A stretch of 64,000 nt of DNA from Chthoniobacter flavus (GTDB lineage: Bacteria; Verrucomicrobiota; Verrucomicrobiia; Chthoniobacterales; JACTMZ01): positions 5,972 to 69,971 of the forward strand of contig CAMDUL010000003.1 of NCBI GenBank assembly GCA_945878135.1, in the 5' to 3' direction. The notes under the pieces are model-generated. The model did not search any database and was not told the origin of the DNA. It worked only from the letters and a program-made list of their open reading frames with translations. Shown in pieces: positions 19,506-28,926 of this stretch. A program made the position numbers and the translations under genes. The first letter of the stretch is position 1. Every line of letters begins with the position of its first letter.

Positions 19506-20494
19506 TCGTCCTCCTCGTTCTTATCTACAGCTCGCTCCTGTGGCTTGTCTTCGGCCAATTCCGGCTCCTGCCGCTCAACAAATGGACCGGGCTCGCCGCC
19601 CTGCTCGCGGGAGTCGCCGCCATCGGCGGGATCCTGCTGGTCATGAATTTCTACCAGCCCTACACGCCGGACGGACGCTTCTATTTCTACACCACGCCGA
19701 TCGTCAGCGAGGTCAAAGGGCGCGTCGAAGAAGTCACGGTCAAAGCCAACGAGGCAGTCAAAACCGGCGATGTCCTCTTCCGCCTCGGCAGCGCCGGTTA
19801 CCGCATCAGCGTGGACACCGCGCGCGCCGCCTACGACCGGGCCGCGTCCGCCTACGACGGTGCCCGTCGCGAATACGAGCGTTCCGTGGAACTGCTGCAG
19901 AAAAAAGCCATCTCGCCGCAGGCCGTGGACACCGCGCGCGACTCCATGACCTTCGCTTACAACGAGGCCAAACGCCTCCGCTCCGCACTTGAGGATGCCC
20001 AGCACGACCTGAACCGCACCGAGGTGCGTGCGCCCGCCGACGGTTTTGTCACCCAACTGCGCCTCGAACCCGGCGCCATGGCCGTCCCCATGCCAGTCGC
20101 GCCCCTCATGACTTTCGTCAACACTTCGAAGCAGGACTTCCTCGCCGCCTTCCGTCAGAACGTCCTGCAGGAAATCGATCCCGGAGACCACGCCGAACTG
20201 GCCTTCGACGCGCTTCCCGGCCGCATCGTGCGCGGCGAAGTCGAGCGCATCCTGCCTGTCATCGCCGAAGGACAACTGGCCCCCGGCGGCGAACTCCTCT
20301 CCGCCCACCGGCGCTTCCCGGCGGGTCGCGCCGCCATCGCCATCAAAATCACCGACGACCTCTCCCGCTTTGACCTCCCTGCCGGTGCCTCCGCCCAAGT
20401 CTGCATCTACACCGGCCGCGCCAAACCCACCGAGCTCATCCGAAAAATCCTCATCCGCATGCAGGCGTGGAAAAACTATCTCTTCTTGCCCTGA
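19502..20494 (+). CDS. HlyD-family secretion protein (YibH-like)
   Basis: PIVSEVKGRV.EV.V..N..VK.GDVLF and VRAPADGFVT motifs; ATGA overlap with the DUF3302 gene. Confidence 0.88.
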   Translation: MIVLLVLIYSSLLWLVFGQFRLLPLNKWTGLAALLAGVAAIGGILLVMNFYQPYTPDGRFYFYTTPIVSEVKGRVEEVTVKANEAVKTGDVLFRLGSAGYRISVDTARAAYDRAASAYDGARREYERSVELLQKKAISPQAVDTARDSMTFAYNEAKRLRSALEDAQHDLNRTEVRAPADGFVTQLRLEPGAMAVPMPVAPLMTFVNTSKQDFLAAFRQNVLQEIDPGDHAELAFDALPGRIVRGEVERILPVIAEGQLAPGGELLSAHRRFPAGRAAIAIKITDDLSRFDLPAGASAQVCIYTGRAKPTELIRKILIRMQAWKNYLFLP

Positions 20495-20511
20495 CCCCGG
20501 TCCGCTTCATT

Positions 20512-21402
20512 ATGACACACAAAACACACCTCACCACCCTGTTGTCCGGCTTGGTTCTCGCTTCCGCGGTCTGGGCCGCGGAGGAAAAAGCGCCGGACGG
20601 GAACCCCGCCGCCAGCGTCGCTCTGGCTTACCGCGAAGCTTTCGACGCTGGCAACGCCGACCGGCTCGCCGCCCTCCACGTCAAAGATGCGGCGTGGGTC
20701 GACAGCAACGGCACCGTGCACTCCGGACGCGAAGCCATCCGCGCCGTCTTGGCCAAGGCTTTTGCCGCCGCTCCCGGACGAACCATCGAGTTCGCTGTGG
20801 AGCAAGTGCGACCGCTCGGCGACGATGTCCTCCTCGAAACCGGCTCGTCGATCGTCACCGGGCCGGACGGCGAACGCTCCACTTCCGCCTGCACCACTGT
20901 CTATGCCAAGGAGGGCGACGAGTGGCGCATCGCCCAGATCACCGAGACCGCACCCGCGAGCGAACCTTCGCCCGCCTCGCAATTGTCGGCGCTCCGGTGG
21001 CTGGAAGGGAAATGGCGCGGCGAAGACACGCGACTTCCGGTCACCCTCGAGATTTCCGAAGCGCAGAACGGCAACTTTCTCATCATTGAATACGCTTTCG
21101 GCGAGGACGGGACCGGGGGCACTTCGACCGAGGTCATAGGCTATGACGCCGCCGAGGACCGCGTCCGCTCCTGGACATTCGATTCCGAGGGCGGCTTCAG
21201 CGAAGCCACCTGGCAAGCCGATGGTGCCAACTGGATGCTCGTTTCGAAAAGCGTCAATCCGGACGGCACCCGCGGCAGTTCGCAGCTCGAGATGCGTCCT
21301 GCGACGGACGGTCGCAGCTTCACCGTCGAGGGCTACAACCGCGAAAGCGGCGGCGTGCCCATGCCGAAACTCGGACCGATCAAATTCACCGCCGTCAAAT
21401 AG
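20512..21402 (+). CDS. Secreted NTF2-like (DUF4440/SgcJ-EcaC-type) two-domain protein
   Basis: Signal peptide; YREAFDAGNADRLAALH..DA, GREAIRA and WRIAQ; second domain L..L.WLEGKW...IGYD....RSWTFDSEGG. Confidence 0.75.
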   Translation: MTHKTHLTTLLSGLVLASAVWAAEEKAPDGNPAASVALAYREAFDAGNADRLAALHVKDAAWVDSNGTVHSGREAIRAVLAKAFAAAPGRTIEFAVEQVRPLGDDVLLETGSSIVTGPDGERSTSACTTVYAKEGDEWRIAQITETAPASEPSPASQLSALRWLEGKWRGEDTRLPVTLEISEAQNGNFLIIEYAFGEDGTGGTSTEVIGYDAAEDRVRSWTFDSEGGFSEATWQADGANWMLVSKSVNPDGTRGSSQLEMRPATDGRSFTVEGYNRESGGVPMPKLGPIKFTAVK

Positions 21403-21404
21403 CC

Positions 21405-22910
21405 ATGAACCGCCGCCGTGCTTCCCGCCTCGCCGTCGCCACCATGGCACTCTTCCTCGCCGCCCCGGTGCTCGAGGCCAACCGCGCCGGACAGAATGCG
21501 GCAGCCCGCGGAGGGGGCCAACGTCCCGCCAATGTCCAGCGTCCGGCCAACGTCCAACGCCCCACCAATGTGCCGCGTCCAGCGCCGCGGCCGGCCAATG
21601 TCCAACGACCGGCCAATCCCGGTGGCGGCCGGTTGCCGGCGTCCGTGAGCAAGCCCGCCAGCGACCAGCGCCCGAACCGTCCAGCAACGTCCAAGCCGTC
21701 CGGCTCGGTGCAGCGCCCGCAAATTCCCCAGCAGAGCTCCCGCCCGGCCGCGGGCGGCAAATTGCCCTCCGGCCAGCCGGCCAAGGACCGGGTCAATAAA
21801 CCGGTCGACTTCGGCAACCTGCAGCCGCAACGCCCGAAACTGCCCGGCGACGACAAAATGGCCGGCCCCGCCGACCGACGTCCGTCCGACCTCACCCGCC
21901 CCGCCGCGCGACCCGGACAGATCCAAGGCGACGGCAACCTCAAAGACCGGCGTCCCGCCAGCGTGCCGCCGCGCGACCGCTTCGCACAATACCCGGGCGT
22001 GGCCGATAACCTCAACCGTCGTCCCGGCGGTTATGACAAATGGCAGCAGAACCGCGAGAACCATTGGGACTCCTTTCACACGCAACGCGCCGACCGTCTC
22101 GACCAATTCCAGACCAACCGCGACGACCGGTGGAACAATATCTTTGCGGTGCAGAACGACCGGCAGGATTTCTACACCAACCGCCGCGAGGACTGGCAAC
22201 GTTGGTCGAATGACCGGCAATCCTACCGCCAGGACCGCGCGTGGGAGGTCCTCGACAATGTCCGTGATTACCACACGAACCTGTTCGTGCCCGATTGGTA
22301 TTACCGCACTTCGTGGTGGCGCCCCTCGTTGGTTTACCGACCCGCGGTCAGCCCCTGGACGTGGTGGCGCCCCGCCGCGTGGACCGGACTGGCCGCCTTC
22401 CTCGGCGGTGCCGCCGTCGCCAACCAACTCGACCGCAACTACGGCACGCAGGTTTATTACGACCAGACCAACTACTACATCCAAGGCCAACCAGTGGCAC
22501 CGGCCCCCGTCTACCGCCAGCAGGCCCTCGACCTCGCCGCCGTCCCGGTCTCGGAGGAGCCGTTCGTGCCCGTCGAGAACAAGGACGACACCGGATGGTA
22601 TCCCCTCGGCGTCTGGGCCCTCACCCAAGAGGAAAAAGGCGACGCCGTCATGTTCTACCAACTCGCCGTCAACAAGCAGGGCGAAGTCTCCGGCGCCTAC
22701 AACAACGTGCTCACCGGCGAAACCTCGCCCGTCACCGGCAGTGTCGATTTCGAAACGCAGCGCGTGGCTTGGCGCACCGGCAACTCCGACTCCACCGCGA
22801 TCGAGGCCAACCTCGCGGGCCTGACCAAAGACTTCACCCCCGTCTTCGTCCACTACGGCACCGGCCAGACGCAAGAATGGCTGCTCGTCCGCATGGAAGA
22901 TCCGACCTGA
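21405..22910 (+). CDS. Secreted protein with Arg/Pro-rich disordered N-terminus and conserved-looking C-terminal domain (planctomycete 'mu-protocadherin-like' type)
   Basis: Signal peptide; RPANVQ repeats; Trp/Tyr-rich middle; C-terminal WYPLGVWAL...LAVNKQG.VSGAY.N. Confidence 0.7.
   Translation: MNRRRASRLAVATMALFLAAPVLEANRAGQNAAARGGGQRPANVQRPANVQRPTNVPRPAPRPANVQRPANPGGGRLPASVSKPASDQRPNRPATSKPSGSVQRPQIPQQSSRPAAGGKLPSGQPAKDRVNKPVDFGNLQPQRPKLPGDDKMAGPADRRPSDLTRPAARPGQIQGDGNLKDRRPASVPPRDRFAQYPGVADNLNRRPGGYDKWQQNRENHWDSFHTQRADRLDQFQTNRDDRWNNIFAVQNDRQDFYTNRREDWQRWSNDRQSYRQDRAWEVLDNVRDYHTNLFVPDWYYRTSWWRPSLVYRPAVSPWTWWRPAAWTGLAAFLGGAAVANQLDRNYGTQVYYDQTNYYIQGQPVAPAPVYRQQALDLAAVPVSEEPFVPVENKDDTGWYPLGVWALTQEEKGDAVMFYQLAVNKQGEVSGAYNNVLTGETSPVTGSVDFETQRVAWRTGNSDSTAIEANLAGLTKDFTPVFVHYGTGQTQEWLLVRMEDPT
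21519..21620 (+). repeat. 18-bp imperfect coding tandem repeats (RPANVQ)
   Basis: CAACGTCCCGCCAATGTC / CAGCGTCCGGCCAACGTC / CAACGCCCCACCAATGTG and related units. Confidence 0.75.
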
Positions 22911-22949
22911 CCGCCGCCGGTTGATCGCCTCGCAGCGCGGAACAGTTGC

Positions 22950-23597
22950 TCAAGCAACCGCCGCGGGCGAGCCTTTCGCCCCGTAGGCCTCGGCAGCCCG
23001 ACGCAAGCCTTCCAAGAGGAGTCCGCGGACGACCTCATCCCCGCCGTGCAACTCCTCCAAATCGCGGAGCGCCAGCGGATCGAGCGGGAATTCGGGATAC
23101 TCCCTCATGACGGACGGCCAGCCGGCGGCGGAATCCCGAGCCTCGCGGGCCAGCCCCAGCAAAGCGGCGCGCAACAGAACCATGCTGCCCCGCGGCGGAC
23201 CGGCGCGGTGGTCGGTCTCTTCGTGACGGGTGAACACCGCGCGGTAAGCACCCTTGGCCAGGGAAATGCGCACGCGGTCGCGGCGGCCGCTCTTGAGGTA
23301 ATAGGTCTCGAGATCACGGCGCAGCTTGCCTGCCTCGATGCGGACAATGGGATCGGTGGTCGCATTGAAAACCGGACCGCGACCGAAAATCTCCGCACCG
23401 ATCTCGTAGCCCCGCACCCGCTCTCCGGCCAGACTGCGCTCCACCACATGCGCGAGGAAGCGCCGGTTCCGGTCCGAGGCGACAAAGTCCGGACTCGCGA
23501 GGATCCGCTGCAACTGCGCGCGCACCTCGGCCTCGCCGGGCGAGCCCCCGGCCGGGGTGGCATCGTGGTTGAGCATAGCGTGGACCGTATCGTGCAT
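22950..23597 (-). CDS. Putative winged-helix regulator (N-terminal domain of the 'adenylate cyclase/TolB-like/TPR' protein type), short form
   Basis: QLQRILASPDFVASDRNRRFLAHVV..GYEIGAEIFGR...DPIVRIEAGKLRRDLETYY pattern. Confidence 0.65.
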   Translation of the reverse strand: MHDTVHAMLNHDATPAGGSPGEAEVRAQLQRILASPDFVASDRNRRFLAHVVERSLAGERVRGYEIGAEIFGRGPVFNATTDPIVRIEAGKLRRDLETYYLKSGRRDRVRISLAKGAYRAVFTRHEETDHRAGPPRGSMVLLRAALLGLAREARDSAAGWPSVMREYPEFPLDPLALRDLEELHGGDEVVRGLLLEGLRRAAEAYGAKGSPAAVA

Positions 23598-23630
23598 TGT
23601 TCCAGCAAAACAGCGTGGCGCCGCCCCCGC

Positions 23631-23650
23631 CTATGCAAAATCCGCAGATT
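23631..23650 (-). promoter_or_regulatory. Putative AraC operator copy 3 (AATCTGCGGATTTTGCATAG on the minus strand)
   Basis: 16/20 identical to copy 2; lies 34-55 nt upstream of the wHTH gene start in the same relative orientation. Confidence 0.55.
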
Positions 23651-23710
23651 CGCCACCTCCGAAGCGGAGCTTCCCAAAAGCAACCTCGCCGCTATCGTAT
23701 GCCGCACGCC

Positions 23711-25360
23711 ATGTCCAACCGTGTTGCCCTGCACCTTGTTCGCGCCGTCACCGCGACCACCCTCCTGCTCCTTCCCGCCTGCGCGGTGGTCAAGGTGAAG
23801 GTCCGCGACCATTCACCCGCGGCCCAACGCGGCGAAGTGCGCCGTCTCGACACCCGCAGCGGCCACGATGCCGCCGCGCGCCTGCTCGTCGAGTCGGGAA
23901 CCCGCGGGCGCAGCAAGGAAGAAAAGTTGGCCGCCTTGGTGGAGGCCGCCCGCTTGACCGCGGACGCCGCTTCGGGCAGCCCCGGGCGCCGCATCCATGA
24001 AATCGCCACCATGGATGCCGTGGCAATCTTGCGCGATGAGCAATTCGCACCGGTCGTCCTGCCCGATGGACGCCGCCTCGGCATCGAGGGTGCCTCGCGT
24101 CGCGTCCTCGATCCGCGGACGGCCGACGAACTCATCCCCGCGTCGGATGTACAGATCCGCAAATTGCGCCGACGCATCGTGCAGGAGGGCGCCGGCGTGC
24201 CCTACGTGGCCCGCTTTCTTCCGGACTCGCCCCGCTTGCGCGGACAACCGGGCATTCCCCCGCTGGCCGGAATTTGTGATCCCGTTACCGCCGTCTGGCA
24301 ATTCGACCGCGGGGGCGCCCGGCTTGTCTTCTACCGGACCAGAGTTTCCGACAACGCCCTCGTCGGCGGACGCAACAGCCGCCTCGCCGCGGACTTTTCC
24401 GCGCCCCTGGCCTACATGATTTCCAAGGGGCGCAACCGCAACATCGATATCCGGGCCCTCATCCGCTCCGACCGGAACATCCAGGACGCCGGACTTTACC
24501 AATTCTCCGTCTACGACCCGGAAAAAATCCCCGTCGTTTTTGTCCACGGCCTCATGTCGCGCCCCGAAACCTGGGTCCCCGCGGTCAACGAATTGCTCGC
24601 CGACCAGGAAATCCGCGAACGTTACCAATTCTGGTTCTTTCTTTACCCGACCGGGCTCCCCGTGTGGGCTTCCGCCGCCAAGCTGCGCGGAGAACTCGAC
24701 CGCTTCCGCACCGCCCTCGATCCCGCGCGGACCAACCGGAATTGGGACCGCATGGTGCTGGCCGGGCATAGCATGGGCGGACTCATCTCCGGCCTGCAGA
24801 TCCGCAGCGGGGGCGAGAAGCTGTGGAAACAGTTCCTCAACACACCGCCGGAGAAATTGAACCTCTCCCCCATGCTCAAAGAAAATCTCGTCCGCCTGAT
24901 CAACTTCCAACCCCGCCGCGACGTCTCGCGCGTTGTTTTCTTTGCCACGCCCCACCGCGGCAGCGAACTTGCGGTCAACCCGTTCGCCGATTTTTTCTCC
25001 CGACTTATCCGCTTGCCGCTCCGCTGGGTCCGGTCGGACATGATGAATCTGCGTCAAGCTCTCAAAGAAGAATTCCGCGACCTCTTCGTCGCGCCCGCCA
25101 ACAGCATCGCCTTCCTCCGCGCGCGATCCCCGCACCTCGAAGCGGTGCTCAAGCTCCCCATGCGCCGGGGCGTGCCCTACCACTCGATCATCGGTGACCG
25201 CGGACGGGGCGACACACCCGACAGCTCCGACGGCGTCGTGCCCTACTGGAGTTCAAGCCTCGAGGGAGCCGCTTCGGAACACATCGTCCCCTCCGGACAC
25301 GGCACCAACGAAAACCCCGAAGGCATCGAGGAATTCCGCCGTATCCTGCGGGCGCACTGA
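23711..25360 (+). CDS. Alpha/beta hydrolase (esterase/lipase-like), possible lipoprotein
   Basis: PVVFVHGL, GHSMGG nucleophile elbow, TPHRGS, DGVVPYWSS; LLLPAC lipobox-like segment; start reassigned. Confidence 0.8.
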   Translation: MSNRVALHLVRAVTATTLLLLPACAVVKVKVRDHSPAAQRGEVRRLDTRSGHDAAARLLVESGTRGRSKEEKLAALVEAARLTADAASGSPGRRIHEIATMDAVAILRDEQFAPVVLPDGRRLGIEGASRRVLDPRTADELIPASDVQIRKLRRRIVQEGAGVPYVARFLPDSPRLRGQPGIPPLAGICDPVTAVWQFDRGGARLVFYRTRVSDNALVGGRNSRLAADFSAPLAYMISKGRNRNIDIRALIRSDRNIQDAGLYQFSVYDPEKIPVVFVHGLMSRPETWVPAVNELLADQEIRERYQFWFFLYPTGLPVWASAAKLRGELDRFRTALDPARTNRNWDRMVLAGHSMGGLISGLQIRSGGEKLWKQFLNTPPEKLNLSPMLKENLVRLINFQPRRDVSRVVFFATPHRGSELAVNPFADFFSRLIRLPLRWVRSDMMNLRQALKEEFRDLFVAPANSIAFLRARSPHLEAVLKLPMRRGVPYHSIIGDRGRGDTPDSSDGVVPYWSSSLEGAASEHIVPSGHGTNENPEGIEEFRRILRAH

Positions 25361-25366
25361 CCGTCC

Positions 25367-26266
25367 TCAGCCGGTCACCAGCTGCCCGGCCTGCGCCTGC
25401 CGCTTGACGTGATCGTCCACCGCTTCCGACCACGGGCGAAGAGGACGCCCGAGCAAAGACTCGAGCTTTCCGCAGGACATCGCGCTGTAAACCGGACGCG
25501 GTGCCACCATCGCCGTGAGATCGGCCAACCGCAACGGTTCCACCGCTGTCGTCGCCACGTGCAGCCCGGCCGCCAGCGCCGCGTCGATGCCGGCTTGCGC
25601 CCACTCGCGCCACGTGCACACCCCGCGGTTGCACAGATGGTAGACACCGCCCGGGGCCGCGTCGGCGAAAAAGACCCGCAACGCGTCCGCCGCATCCAGG
25701 GTGTAGGTGGGCGAAGACCATTTGTCCGCCACCGCCCGCACCGGCTCGCCGCGCAGCGCCGCCTGCAGGGCCTTGTCGACAAAACTGTCCCGGTCCGGAC
25801 CGAAGACCCACGACACGCGCACCACCGCGTGGCGCGCCCCGGCCTCCAGCACCGCCTCCTCGCCCTCCAACTTGGTGCACCCATACCACGACAAAGGTGC
25901 CGCGACCGAGTCCTCCGCGTAGGGCGTGCGCGCTTCGCCGGAAAAGACATAATCCGTGCTGATGTGCACCAACCGCGCCCCGGTTTCCGTGCAGGCCCGC
26001 GCCATTTGCCGCGGAGACTCCGCGTTGACCGCGCGAGCCAGTTCGCGCTCCGTCTGGCAAAGGTCGACATTGGTCACGGCCGCGCAGTTGATGACCACAT
26101 CCGGTCGCGCCGCCCTGACCAAACGGGCGATCGCCGCGGGATCGGCCAGATCGGCTTCCGCGCGGCCGCAGGACTGGACACACGCCTCCGCATCGTAGGC
26201 CCGCGCCAAGGCGGCCCCAAGGCGGCCGCCCGCGCCGAAAACGAGGATGCGGGGGCGGGCGGACAT
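25367..26266 (-). CDS. rfbD: dTDP-4-dehydrorhamnose reductase
   Basis: ILVFGAGGRLG, HISTDYVFSG, YGCTKLEGE and SPTY motifs; start reassigned to 26266. Confidence 0.9.
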   Translation of the reverse strand: MSARPRILVFGAGGRLGAALARAYDAEACVQSCGRAEADLADPAAIARLVRAARPDVVINCAAVTNVDLCQTERELARAVNAESPRQMARACTETGARLVHISTDYVFSGEARTPYAEDSVAAPLSWYGCTKLEGEEAVLEAGARHAVVRVSWVFGPDRDSFVDKALQAALRGEPVRAVADKWSSPTYTLDAADALRVFFADAAPGGVYHLCNRGVCTWREWAQAGIDAALAAGLHVATTAVEPLRLADLTAMVAPRPVYSAMSCGKLESLLGRPLRPWSEAVDDHVKRQAQAGQLVTG

Positions 26267-26910
26267 CACTCGGCCAAGTCGGTGAATGCGCCCCGCAGGA
26301 AAGCGTGCATCTCCCGCTCGAGGATGTCGAACTGCCGGTCCTCCGCGCGGATCTTGAGGAACCACTCCATGCTCTCGTGCATCAGTCGGATCCCCAGCAC
26401 CGTGGCGAAGGCGCAGAAAAACCGGGCGTTGACCTGGTGCGAGGTCAGGCCCGGAATCGTGCGCTGGAGTTCGCCGTGGTAACATTCCAGCACCGGCTTG
26501 TAGAAGGTCTTGTGGATCTGCGCGAAGCGCTGCGGGTCGTCGATCATCATCTGGGCGACCAGACGCACTGTGATGGCGCGGGTATTGCGCCCCTGCCGCA
26601 GGGCCTTGAACATCGGGTCGACCAGCGCACCCACCAACTCGCCCACCGGGATGGGGTCCGGGGCATGCCGCTCGCGCAGCTTCGCCAACCGCTCCAAACG
26701 CTCGGTGTTGATCGGCGTCAAACGGCGGTCGGCCAAGGCGAAAATGAGTTTGTCCTTCGACCCGAAGTGGTAATTGACCGCCGCCAGATTGACCCCGGCC
26801 AGCAAAGTCACGTCGCGCAGCGACATGCCGTGGAACCCGCTCGCCGCGTAAATACGCTCGGCCGCGCGCAAGATGCGCTCACGGGTTGTTTCGGCGGACT
26901 TTTTCGGCAT
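26266..26910 (-). CDS. TetR/AcrR-family transcriptional regulator
   Basis: TRERILRAAERIYA..GFHGMSLRDVT..AGVNLAAVNYHFGSK HTH. Confidence 0.92.
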   Translation of the reverse strand: MPKKSAETTRERILRAAERIYAASGFHGMSLRDVTLLAGVNLAAVNYHFGSKDKLIFALADRRLTPINTERLERLAKLRERHAPDPIPVGELVGALVDPMFKALRQGRNTRAITVRLVAQMMIDDPQRFAQIHKTFYKPVLECYHGELQRTIPGLTSHQVNARFFCAFATVLGIRLMHESMEWFLKIRAEDRQFDILEREMHAFLRGAFTDLAE

Positions 26911-26995
26911 ACGGTCGTTTGAAGTAATGTCCGCGCCACGCCGCGCCGTCAATCCCCGTCTTGGCCGCGCGCGTGCCACGGTCTAGGTTTCCCCC

Positions 26996-27649
26996 ATGGA
27001 AACCGGATCCGACCACCCCGATGTGGCCGCCCTGCGCCGCGAGTATGCCCGGGCCGGCCTGCGTCGCGCGGACCTCCCGGGCGAGCCGTTCGGGCAATTC
27101 CGCCGGTGGTTCACCGAGGCCGCGGCCGCGGGACTGGTCGAGCCCAACGCCATGGTCCTCGCCACGACCGACGGCACGCGCCCCAGCACCCGCACCGTCC
27201 TGCTCAAGGCCTACGACGAGCGCGGGTTCGTCTTCTTCACCAACTACGAGAGCCGCAAGGCCCGTGACATCGCCGCGGCCCCGGCGGTGAGCCTGCTATT
27301 TCCGTGGTATTCCTTGGAGCGCCAAGTCGGCATCCTCGGACGCGCCGAACGTATCAGCACGGCGGAGTCTCTGGCCTATTTCTCCTCCCGGCCGCACGGC
27401 AGCCGGCTCGGGGCGTGGGTCTCGCAGCAAAGCACCGTGATCGATGGCCGGAAAATTCTGGAAATGAAATGGGACGAGATGAAGCGCAAGTTCGCCCGGG
27501 GAGAAATCCCCCTTCCTTCGTTCTGGGGCGGCTTCCGCGTCGTGCCGGCCGAGATCGAATTCTGGCAGGGACGCGCCAACCGCCTGCACGACCGTTTCCG
27601 CTACACGCGCGGGGACGGGACGTGGACCATCGAAAGACTCGCCCCCTGA
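26996..27649 (+). CDS. pdxH: Pyridoxamine 5'-phosphate oxidase
   Basis: [28 protein letters not shown] and [13 protein letters not shown] motifs. Confidence 0.96.
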   Translation: METGSDHPDVAALRREYARAGLRRADLPGEPFGQFRRWFTEAAAAGLVEPNAMVLATTDGTRPSTRTVLLKAYDERGFVFFTNYESRKARDIAAAPAVSLLFPWYSLERQVGILGRAERISTAESLAYFSSRPHGSRLGAWVSQQSTVIDGRKILEMKWDEMKRKFARGEIPLPSFWGGFRVVPAEIEFWQGRANRLHDRFRYTRGDGTWTIERLAP

Positions 27650-27681
27650 GGGCCGGTTCCGTTAGGCTGCGGGCTGAAGTT

Positions 27682-28905
27682 ATGGCCAAAAACACAGCTC
27701 CCGTCGGCAACATGCTGATCGCCCAAAGCGGCGGTCCCACCATGGTGATCAACCAAAGTCTCGTCGGTGCCGTCCTCGAGGCGAAAAAACACCGCCAAAT
27801 CAAAAAGATCTACGGCTCGCTCCACGGGATTGCCGGGATTCTCGGGGAAAATTTCATCGACCTCCGCCGCGAGAGCGCCGCGAACCTCGAAGCCGTGGCC
27901 CAAACGCCGTCTTCCGCCCTCGGATCCGTCCGCAAAAAACCGACCAAAGACGACTGCCGCGCCATCTTCGGCGTCCTGCGCCGCTACGGGGTGCGCTATT
28001 TTTTCTACATCGGGGGCAATGACACCGCGGAGACCACGCACATCATCAACGAGGAAGCCCGCGCCCACGGCTACCCGCTGCAGTGCTTTCATATCCCCAA
28101 AACCATCGACAACGATCTCCGCGAAAACGACCACACGCCCGGCTTCGGCAGCGGGGCGCGCTTCGTCGCCGCGGCCTTCATGGGCGATAACCTCGACAAC
28201 CGGGCCCTCCCGGGGGTGAAGATCAACATCATCATGGGACGCCACGCCGGGTTCCTCACGGCCGCGGCGGCCCTCGCCCGCGTTCATCCCGACGACGGAC
28301 CGCACCTCATCTACCTCCCGGAACGGCCGTTCGACGAAAACAAGTTCGCCGCGGATGTCGAAAAGGTTTACCGGCGGCTCGGACGATGCGTCGTCGCCGT
28401 CTCCGAGGGCATTTGCGACAAAAAGGGCACCGCCATCGCCGCCAAACTCAGCAAGGAGGTCGACTCGCATGGCAATGTCCAACTGAGCGGCTCCGGAGCA
28501 CTCGGCGACCTGCTGGCCGGTATCATCAAAAGCAAAACCAACATTTCCCGCGTCCGCGCCGACACCTTCGGCTACCTGCAACGCTCCTTCCCCGGCATCG
28601 CCTCGCCCGTCGACGCCGCCGAGGCCCGGGAGGTGGGACGCCTCGCCGTGCGGCACGCCGTGGCCGGACGGACACCAAGCGGATCGGTGACCATCAACCG
28701 CAAGCCGGGTCCGAAATACGCGCCGCTTTACGGACTCGTCGAACTGAGGCAGGTCTCGCGCGAGACCCGGCACATGCCCGACAAATTCATCAACAAGGAC
28801 GCCAACAACGTCACCCCCGCCTTTGTCGCCTACGCCGCGCCGCTCGTGGGGCCCCTGCCGAAGATCGGACGCTTCAAGGGCGTGCCGGTCCCGCGACCTT
28901 CCTGA
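27682..28905 (+). CDS. pfp: 6-phosphofructokinase, PPi-dependent type
   Basis: QSGGPT, GGNDT (Asp at the phosphoryl-donor determinant), PKTIDND and MGRHAG. Confidence 0.85.
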   Translation: MAKNTAPVGNMLIAQSGGPTMVINQSLVGAVLEAKKHRQIKKIYGSLHGIAGILGENFIDLRRESAANLEAVAQTPSSALGSVRKKPTKDDCRAIFGVLRRYGVRYFFYIGGNDTAETTHIINEEARAHGYPLQCFHIPKTIDNDLRENDHTPGFGSGARFVAAAFMGDNLDNRALPGVKINIIMGRHAGFLTAAAALARVHPDDGPHLIYLPERPFDENKFAADVEKVYRRLGRCVVAVSEGICDKKGTAIAAKLSKEVDSHGNVQLSGSGALGDLLAGIIKSKTNISRVRADTFGYLQRSFPGIASPVDAAEAREVGRLAVRHAVAGRTPSGSVTINRKPGPKYAPLYGLVELRQVSRETRHMPDKFINKDANNVTPAFVAYAAPLVGPLPKIGRFKGVPVPRPS

Positions 28906-28926
28906 ACATCCGGTCACCCGGCCGTC

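Noticed and set aside
14287-25360. Integrative element/prophage origin for the accessory block
   Set aside because: No integrase, transposase, tRNA boundary or flanking direct repeat could be identified by eye.
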